This document shows positions 57,627-64,000 of a DNA stretch of 64,000 bases, piece after piece. This stretch comes from Candidatus Babelota bacterium (GTDB taxonomy: Bacteria > Babelota > Babeliae > Babelales > CAIQNR01): NCBI GenBank assembly GCA_965658655.1, contig CBFHTA010000002.1, forward strand, positions 1-64,000. Reading direction: 5' to 3'. The translations under genes were made by a program, and so were the position numbers. The notes under the pieces are model-generated. The model did no database searches, was not told the origin of the DNA, and worked only from the letters and a program-made list of their open reading frames with translations. The stretch's first letter is position 1. Each line of letters opens with the position of its first letter.

Positions 57627-57744
57627 TAAACTAATAATATTTTGTTGGAGAAGGTAGGGTTTGTTCCTTACTGAATAACAAGTAAAATCTTGATCAGGTA
57701 ATTTTTTGCTTTCTAACACAAAATACTAAAGCCTTAAAAGAATT

Positions 57745-57778
57745 AAAAAAGGCCCAACAGTTTTGTCGAGCCTTTTTT
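57745..57778. terminator. Bidirectional intrinsic terminator
   Basis: aaaaaaggcccaaca-gttt-tgtcgagcctttttt. Confidence 0.75.
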
Positions 57779-57798
57779 GTATTTTAAGTTTTTCTGAT

Positions 57799-59172
57799 TT
57801 ACAATTCTAGTTCATCGTTATCAACTTCTAGTTCCTCGTCTTCGTTGAACGGATTTAAGAAGCAGATACCATTCCAAACACCTGTTAGGGCAGTATCACA
57901 AGCAGCTTTAGCGTTGTTCCAGTAGCTACTACCGTCAGTAAGGTTGATATTGAGATCAGAAAGTTTAACAACTTTTTTTCGTCTTAGCGCACCAGTTTTA
58001 AAGATTTCTTTTGGTGTAGTATATTTAAGTGTTAATCCTGAAACCTTATCTGTTAATACTGCTACTTGAGTAATTGCAAAAGTTTTTTCTAGTTGTGCAT
58101 GATTTGTAAGAGCTCGCACAGCATTTTCTTTAGCTGTCGTACTAGGAGCTGTCTTACATGCTTCTACAAGACGTTCTTTTTCATGAGTCCATTCTTGTAG
58201 ATTTTGACTCTCAATTTTCGTGCTATGTTTAAGTTTGAAACGATTAACTTCAGCAGTAAGTGCTTCTTCTGTATCAGCTGTTAGGGTAGTCTTCTTTTTA
58301 GGTAGTTCAAGGTTTAAACCGCGAGTTGCACTACCTAATTTCTTACTCATTAATCGAGTCGCTACGTAAGCACCTGTGTATGCACCCAAAGCTGAACAAC
58401 TTGTTGGAAAACCAGTGTGACGCGCAACAAGTGCAAGAGGAGCTGCTTTTACAAGTGTATGTGGAGAAAGTGTATAATCCATTTGAGTAATTTCAGCTTG
58501 GTAAGTAATGTCAAATTGAGAAGCATTAGGCAATTGCGTAGCACTTTTACGCTCATTTCCGTCTGTTTTGCAATCTTGAGCAAGTACAAAAGAATGTTTA
58601 ATAACATTATTCCATAATACTTCTATAAAGTTTTTGTGCTGAGTATTTCTTTTATCTAATGTAATGGTGTCAGACATGTTTAATGGTTTTGTAAGTAGTA
58701 CAGATGTGTCGTCTTGTAAAATAAGTGAAACTTCGTAAGTAAATTTAGCTTCTGGTAAATCTTTAATTTTAAGGTTTCTTTCCATAACTTGTGTAAATGT
58801 ATTTTTTGCTTGTTGTTCTTGCTCTTTGTTCCAACCGTTAAGTTTGACATACGCTGATCTAGAACCTATTTTAAGTTTAATCATAACTTTTTTAATGTCT
58901 TGAGTGTTTGCTATATCTACGGTACCAATTTGATTCTCTGAGTGAAATCCGTTTTGAATAACACGGTGCATAATTTGACCTGTGACCATTGCGGCTCCAA
59001 GAACACCAATGGTTTTCCAGCTCCATCCTTGTGGGTTCAATAAAGACCAAGAAGCAACTTCTTTAGCACCTTCAGTAACAACTGCAGCACCGGCATCAGT
59101 GGTATTTGTAATAGTTGGACAGTTCGCACTAGCAAGTAGTAAAACTGCTAAAAATAGATTTTTTCTTTCCAT
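57799..59172 (-). CDS. Hypothetical secreted/membrane protein
   Basis: GGAGG SD, leader MERKNLFLAVLLLASANC, acidic C-terminus. Confidence 0.7.
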   Translation of the reverse strand: MERKNLFLAVLLLASANCPTITNTTDAGAAVVTEGAKEVASWSLLNPQGWSWKTIGVLGAAMVTGQIMHRVIQNGFHSENQIGTVDIANTQDIKKVMIKLKIGSRSAYVKLNGWNKEQEQQAKNTFTQVMERNLKIKDLPEAKFTYEVSLILQDDTSVLLTKPLNMSDTITLDKRNTQHKNFIEVLWNNVIKHSFVLAQDCKTDGNERKSATQLPNASQFDITYQAEITQMDYTLSPHTLVKAAPLALVARHTGFPTSCSALGAYTGAYVATRLMSKKLGSATRGLNLELPKKKTTLTADTEEALTAEVNRFKLKHSTKIESQNLQEWTHEKERLVEACKTAPSTTAKENAVRALTNHAQLEKTFAITQVAVLTDKVSGLTLKYTTPKEIFKTGALRRKKVVKLSDLNINLTDGSSYWNNAKAACDTALTGVWNGICFLNPFNEDEELEVDNDELEL

Positions 59173-59335
59173 GATTTATAACCTCCATAAACCCCATTTA
59201 AAATTCAACCATTTTCATAAATTATATAATAGAAAATATTTATTGCAAGTGGGGTGCTCCTTGCTTTTAAGCTTAGGGAGCTTAAAAAAAGTCCCACTCA
59301 GGCAGGACTTTAATTTCAATAGGCTTAAGTATAAA

Positions 59336-59770
59336 TCATCCCTGAGAATCATCAACTGGTGCGTTGTATCCGGGTTTTTCAGATTCATTTGAGTTATCGT
59401 TTCCCGAGTTTTTAGGCTTGTTTTCGTTGTATAGGGCTTCGAAAGGGTGGGGAAAGAAAGAACCTTCCGAAAACTCAGGTAAATTTAAGCGTGTTTCTCG
59501 AGAGTTCTCTTCTAGCCATACCCCTCCCTCTTTAAGCCTGTCTCCTATATTTTCTGCAATAGTTCCTAGATCTTGGCCTAAAGCTAATGAAGCATCGAAA
59601 AATTTCTGTTCAGAAGTGTTATATTTAGAATTTTTAAGATGCCATGCGGTACGAAGTCCAGTTGCAGCTACTCCGCTTAAAAGTACAAGTTTTCCGTAGG
59701 TTATTTTTGCATGACTAGTCTGTGAAACTCCTGCAAGTAAACCTAAACTAAGTATAAGTTTTTTGTTCAT
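59336..59770 (-). CDS. Hypothetical secreted protein
   Basis: AAGGAG SD, signal MNKKLILSLGLLAGVSQTSHA. Confidence 0.7.
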   Translation of the reverse strand: MNKKLILSLGLLAGVSQTSHAKITYGKLVLLSGVAATGLRTAWHLKNSKYNTSEQKFFDASLALGQDLGTIAENIGDRLKEGGVWLEENSRETRLNLPEFSEGSFFPHPFEALYNENKPKNSGNDNSNESEKPGYNAPVDDSQG

Positions 59771-60067
59771 TTTTAATGCTCCTTAAAATTGTAAAACTTT
59801 AGTTGGCGCTAGTATAGAGCATATTTAAAAATTGAGAAGTTCAATATTTGAGTCTTTTTTTTAAAATTTCCTTTAAGAAATTAAAGTAATAATTTTTTAA
59901 AGGGGTAGCGTTTTCTTTCTATAAGTAGACTAGAAGGATGTAAGTGTGAAAAGGTGAAAAAGCGTTAAGCTTAAATATTCTTGACAAATGAGCAAAAGAT
60001 AGACATCTTGTCGTCCTGTAATAGCTTTGATGTAATCTATTTTTTCAATCAAAACGGAGAGAATTAC

Positions 60068-61480
60068 ATGCATCTTACTGAGGGATTTTTAAAGGCTGTT
60101 CTTCCCGGAGCTTTAGTTCTGCATGGTAAGCTTGATTGCCAAGTTACCTTTTCGGTTGATTCGCGCTCAATCTTAAAAAGTGAACTGTTTGTACCTGTGC
60201 AGGGAGTTAAATCGGATGGACATTCTTTCTTGGAGCAGGCATTGTCTGCAGGGGCAGGTGCGTTTATAGCGCGGGACAAAAAATTTTTACTTGCTACGTT
60301 TCCAAAAGAAATACTTGATAATCGTCTTATTATTATAGTTGATAATCCACTCGAAGCGCTCTTTGAGCTTGCTTCAGCTTGGCGTGCTCGCTTTACGTGT
60401 AAAGTAATTGGTATTACTGGTTCGGTGGGAAAAACATCAACCAAGTACATGCTTGGTTCAATTTTAACGCAAGCGAATAAACGTTGCTTTGTTTCGCATG
60501 GTAACCAGAATACACTTCTTGGAATTGCTCTTAATATTGTACGTGTAAATGATGATCATCAAGTTGTAGTATTTGAGCTTGGTATAAATGTGCGTGGTGA
60601 AATGAAAAAACTTGCACAGTTTTTACGCCCAGACATGGCCATTATAACTGGTATTGGGCATAGTCACCTAGAAGGGCTTGGTAGTTTGGCAAGTGTTGCT
60701 TCAGAGAAACGTGCAATTTTCAGTTACTTTAATGAGTCGAGTATTGGGATTATTAATGGAGACCAAGCAATTTTGAGTGGTGTTGGATATACCCACCCAG
60801 TAGTTCGATTTGGTGCTAAAACAACTAATCAAGTACAAGCTCGTCGAGTAGCTATTAAAAAGAACAAACTTTCGTTTCTCTTAAAAATTTATCAAGAAAC
60901 TTACCCGGTAACCCTTAACCTTCAGCATCGGGGAATGATCATGAATGCGTTGGCAGCAACAACAGCAGCACATCTTTTAGATATTGATGGTGTTACTATT
61001 GTAGAAGCTCTTCAATCGCTACCTGAGCGTTCACAACGATTTGAGCGCTGTTCTCTTAAAGGTTATAGAGGGGTGCTTATAGACGATTGCTATAATGCTT
61101 CTCCTGAGAGTATGAGAGCAGCTCTTTTGGCATTAGAAGAGTTTGAGAGTTTGGGTAAGAAGGTTGCGGTATTGGGTGACATGCTTGAACTGGGAGAGAA
61201 TAGTGCTTTTTGGCATCGCCAAGTAGGAAGGTTTTTACGTAAGACTCCATCGCTGTCACACTTGATTTTGGTAGGCTCAGAAGTACAGTCTATGCAGAAG
61301 GTGGTTCCGGTAGGAATTCAGGTGGAAATGGTTTCGAGTTGGCAAGAGGCTATAGAACGGTTAAAATATACATTAGAGAATGATGCAGTTGTTTTGGTCA
61401 AAGGATCGAATGGCATGCAACTGCATAATGTAGTTGCCGCATTTACCGATAAAAAAAGTTCTGTACCCACAAGCTTATAG
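60068..61480 (+). CDS. murF: UDP-N-acetylmuramoyl-tripeptide--D-Ala-D-Ala ligase (start likely MHLTE at 60068)
   Basis: VDSR, IGITGSVGKTSTK, VFELG, IDDCYNASPESM, VLGDMLELG, VLVKGS. Confidence 0.94.
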   Translation: MHLTEGFLKAVLPGALVLHGKLDCQVTFSVDSRSILKSELFVPVQGVKSDGHSFLEQALSAGAGAFIARDKKFLLATFPKEILDNRLIIIVDNPLEALFELASAWRARFTCKVIGITGSVGKTSTKYMLGSILTQANKRCFVSHGNQNTLLGIALNIVRVNDDHQVVVFELGINVRGEMKKLAQFLRPDMAIITGIGHSHLEGLGSLASVASEKRAIFSYFNESSIGIINGDQAILSGVGYTHPVVRFGAKTTNQVQARRVAIKKNKLSFLLKIYQETYPVTLNLQHRGMIMNALAATTAAHLLDIDGVTIVEALQSLPERSQRFERCSLKGYRGVLIDDCYNASPESMRAALLALEEFESLGKKVAVLGDMLELGENSAFWHRQVGRFLRKTPSLSHLILVGSEVQSMQKVVPVGIQVEMVSSWQEAIERLKYTLENDAVVLVKGSNGMQLHNVVAAFTDKKSSVPTSL

Positions 61481-61489
61481 TGATAGTTT

Positions 61490-62371
61490 ATGACATACCA
61501 TGTTCCTGTTCTTCTTAAAGAAACGCTTGAGGCACTTCGGCTTGAGCCAAATAAAACTTACCTTGATGTTACCTTTGGTGGCGGAGGCCACACTCGTGCT
61601 ATTCTTGAATCAGATCCTACTATTAAAGTTATAGGGCTTGATTGGGATAAAGAAGTTATTGAACGGGGCAAGGCATTACAAGAAGAGTTCCCAGACAGAT
61701 TAACATTGATTTGGGGAAGTTTTGCTCATTTATATAAACTTCTTAAGAAGCATAACATTACGCAGGTTAATGGAGTACTTGGAGATTTTGGTACCTCGCA
61801 ACACCAAATTCACAATAAAGATGGATTATCTTTTGCGAATAACACACCGCTTGATATGCGGATGTCTCAAGCACATCATAAAACAACGGCGTATCATATT
61901 GTGAATTTTGGGCAACCGGAAGAGTTACGAACAATCTTCTGGACCTATGGAGAAGAACGAAACACCAAAGAAATTGTGCAAAAGATTGTAGAAGAGCGAA
62001 AAAAGAAAAAAATTAAAACAACTGCAGATTTAGCTTCTATAATTGAACGTGTTTCGCCTAGACGATCACAGAAAATTCACCCCGCAACACGTGTGTTTCA
62101 AGCATTACGTATTTTTGTGAATAAGGAGTTAGATAATATTACATCATTTTTGCCGGCAGCGTTGCGTGTACTTGCTCCTGAAGGTCGTTTGGCTTGTATT
62201 AGTTTTCATTCATTAGAAGATAGATTGGTAAAAGAATTCTACAAAGAAGCTGAAGGATTACTCCAAGGTTCTATTGTTAAACCGTTTCCTGTGAAGCCAA
62301 GTGAGCAAGAGGTAGCAGAGAATTCACCTTCAAGATCCGCTAAGCTTCGGGTGTTTGAAAAAAAAACGTGA
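61490..62371 (+). CDS. rsmH: 16S rRNA m4C1402 methyltransferase
   Basis: HVPVLLKE, DVTFGGGGH, PLDMRM, HPATRVFQALRI, ISFHSLEDR. Confidence 0.97.
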   Translation: MTYHVPVLLKETLEALRLEPNKTYLDVTFGGGGHTRAILESDPTIKVIGLDWDKEVIERGKALQEEFPDRLTLIWGSFAHLYKLLKKHNITQVNGVLGDFGTSQHQIHNKDGLSFANNTPLDMRMSQAHHKTTAYHIVNFGQPEELRTIFWTYGEERNTKEIVQKIVEERKKKKIKTTADLASIIERVSPRRSQKIHPATRVFQALRIFVNKELDNITSFLPAALRVLAPEGRLACISFHSLEDRLVKEFYKEAEGLLQGSIVKPFPVKPSEQEVAENSPSRSAKLRVFEKKT

Positions 62372-62468
62372 GTTTAAAGTTTGACAAATAAGCTGAGTGA
62401 CATTACATTAAGCACTGAAAGATAGTTTTTGCCCTTAGTAATGGGGCGCTCTAGACTAAAGGTTCAAA

Positions 62469-62786
62469 ATGAATATAACAGAGGTCAAGATCTATCCGGC
62501 TAGGGAGAGAGGCACTAGGCTCAAGGCATACGCAACAATAGTTTTCGACAACGCCTTTATAGTAAGGGACTTGAAAGTTATTGAAGGCGAAAAAGGATTG
62601 TTTGTTTCCATGCCTTCACGCCGAAGAAAAGATGGTTCTTTTAGAGACATCGCTCATCCGCTCAATGCAGAAATGCGTAAGCATATAGAAGAGCACGTAG
62701 TAGGTGAGTACGAAGTTGTAGAAAAATCAGGAGGTATTCCAGCCGATGATGGTGGGGATGATTCTGAGGCTCCAGCCGACGAGTAA
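62469..62786 (+). CDS. spoVG: SpoVG family nucleic-acid-binding protein
   Basis: MNITEVKI, LKAYATIVFD, GLFVSMPSR, FRDIAHP. Confidence 0.95.
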   Translation: MNITEVKIYPARERGTRLKAYATIVFDNAFIVRDLKVIEGEKGLFVSMPSRRRKDGSFRDIAHPLNAEMRKHIEEHVVGEYEVVEKSGGIPADDGGDDSEAPADE

Positions 62787-62813
62787 AAAAGACAGTAGTA
62801 ATAAAAGATTTGT

Positions 62814-62888
62814 TGGGGCGTAGCCAAGTGGTAAGGCATCCGGTTTTGATCCGGACATTCGGAGGTTCGAACCCTTCCGCCCCAGCCA
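62814..62888 (+). tRNA. tRNA-Gln(TTG)
   Basis: TGGGGCGTAGCCAAGTGGTAAGGCA-TCCGG-TTTTGAT-CCGGA...GGTTCGAACCCTTCCGCCCCAGCCA. Confidence 0.96.
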
Positions 62889-62906
62889 TCATATTGTGAA
62901 AAAATT

Positions 62907-62930
62907 AGCAGACTTCGGTCTGCTTTTTTT
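62907..62930 (+). terminator. Intrinsic terminator after tRNA-Gln
   Basis: agcagac-ttcg-gtctgc-ttttttt. Confidence 0.88.
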
Positions 62931-62943
62931 ATTGAGGTAGTCT

Positions 62944-63660
62944 ATGAATACTGTTTTGTGGTTCTGTTCTTTTGTAGTTACAGTTCTTTTATTGTTCTGT
63001 TACTTTAAATTTCAGTCTCCTATTCCTAAAAACAATCGAAAAACAATAGTATTCGATTTTGATGGAACGCTTTGCGACAGTGTTCCTGTTCTAATCGAGG
63101 TTCTTAATGTTTTGTCTGATGAATTTGGTTATTCAAAAGGTGATCCTCAAAGAGAGCAAGAACTGCGTATGATGAGTGCAAAAAAGTTTATTTTGAATGA
63201 ATTAAAAGTTCCGATGTATCGTATGTTTTATTTTGAAAAGCGTGCTCGTCAAGAAGCATTAAAGCGTGTAGATAGGTTAGCATTGTTTGATGGTGTAAAA
63301 GAAGTTATAGAAAAATTGCAGGCTCAAGGATATTGCGTAGGCATTTTGTCTTCTAATTCTGAACAGGCGATTATTAAAGTGCTTGAGCGGGGCAATGTTA
63401 AAGTCGACTTTATTTATTCCGGTTCGAGTATTTTTGGTAAACATAAAGTAATTACTTCTCTACTTAAGGCTCGAGGTCTTTCAAAAGATAACATTGTATA
63501 TGTGGGTGATGAATTACGTGATAGTGATGCGTGTAAAGAAGTTGGTATAAAAATGGTAGCAGTTGGTTGGGGATTTAATGCTCCTGAGGCATTTAATAAG
63601 ATTGGCATAGAAACAATAGCTGATCCTGCTCAGTTGTTACAAAAGTGTGTTATTACATAA
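62944..63660 (+). CDS. HAD-superfamily phosphatase with N-terminal membrane anchor
   Basis: VFDFDGTLCDS, GILSSN, VYVGDELRD, AVGWGFN. Confidence 0.9.
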   Translation: MNTVLWFCSFVVTVLLLFCYFKFQSPIPKNNRKTIVFDFDGTLCDSVPVLIEVLNVLSDEFGYSKGDPQREQELRMMSAKKFILNELKVPMYRMFYFEKRARQEALKRVDRLALFDGVKEVIEKLQAQGYCVGILSSNSEQAIIKVLERGNVKVDFIYSGSSIFGKHKVITSLLKARGLSKDNIVYVGDELRDSDACKEVGIKMVAVGWGFNAPEAFNKIGIETIADPAQLLQKCVIT

Positions 63661-63669
63661 GGTTTATTA

Positions 63670-64000
63670 ATGAATACATTATTATTAGGTTCAACATCGC
63701 GTCCGCGTCAAATTTTATTAGAAGATGCATTAATTCCCTTTATTGTTGTGGGTCACGATGCTAACGAAGATGACATTAAACATACTACTATCGAAGAAAC
63801 AGTCTTAAACATTGCGCGTTTAAAAATGCAACAAGTGTTTATGCCTGCTGATAGAAAAGAGGGCGATGTAATCTTTCTTCTGACGGCTGATTCAATGGGG
63901 TGTACTATGGATGGTGTTATTCATGGAAAACCAAAAAATCGTGAAGATGCAATTGCAAAAATACAAGCGTTGAGTGGAGAGTCTTCTACGTTTACAGGGT
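63670..64000 (+). CDS. maf: Maf family nucleotide pyrophosphatase (3'-truncated by window)
   Basis: Manual translation MNTLLLGSTSRPRQILL...LLTADSMG...IHGKPKNREDA..IQALSG. Confidence 0.85.
   Translation, partial: MNTLLLGSTSRPRQILLEDALIPFIVVGHDANEDDIKHTTIEETVLNIARLKMQQVFMPADRKEGDVIFLLTADSMGCTMDGVIHGKPKNREDAIAKIQALSGESSTFTG

Noticed and set aside
59981..60067. N-terminal extension of MurF in the ORF track
   Set aside because: TTG start lies within a TTGACA promoter-like motif; ATG at 60068 has a GGAGAG SD

Overview
AT-rich bacterial chromosome segment. Gene content points to an intracellular protist parasite, probably Candidatus Dependentiae/Babelota (TM6); this is an inference from scattered housekeeping genes, many lineage-specific proteins with signal peptides, a Chlamydia-like histone H1 protein, and spoVG alongside outer-membrane barrel proteins. 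Housekeeping genes: nth, thrS, PIN-PhoH, yidD-rnpA-rpmH, trxB, tig, tRNA-Leu, frr, tsf, argS, mnmA, ssb, grpE, lepA, gyrA, dprA, rpmF, gltX, fabD-like, uppP, ftsK, murF, rsmH, spoVG, tRNA-Gln, maf. The standout is a tandem operon-like array at 1-3935 that runs off the left edge. Its genes encode signal peptide + acidic/amphipathic segment + NLS-like KKRKR + a variable number (1-7) of eukaryote-type Kruppel C2H2 zinc fingers, with signs of finger shuffling: candidate secreted, host-nucleus-targeted, recombination-diversified transcription factors (TALE analogues). Other highlights: a membrane-anchored regulator with a degenerate sigma54-activator-type AAA+ domain facing an unannotated 46-aa secreted-peptide gene; three successively decayed copies of the dprA 3' end bracketing small genes; a FabD lacking its catalytic Ser; a 1710-aa repetitive secreted protein; and structured non-coding DNA between lepA and gyrA.
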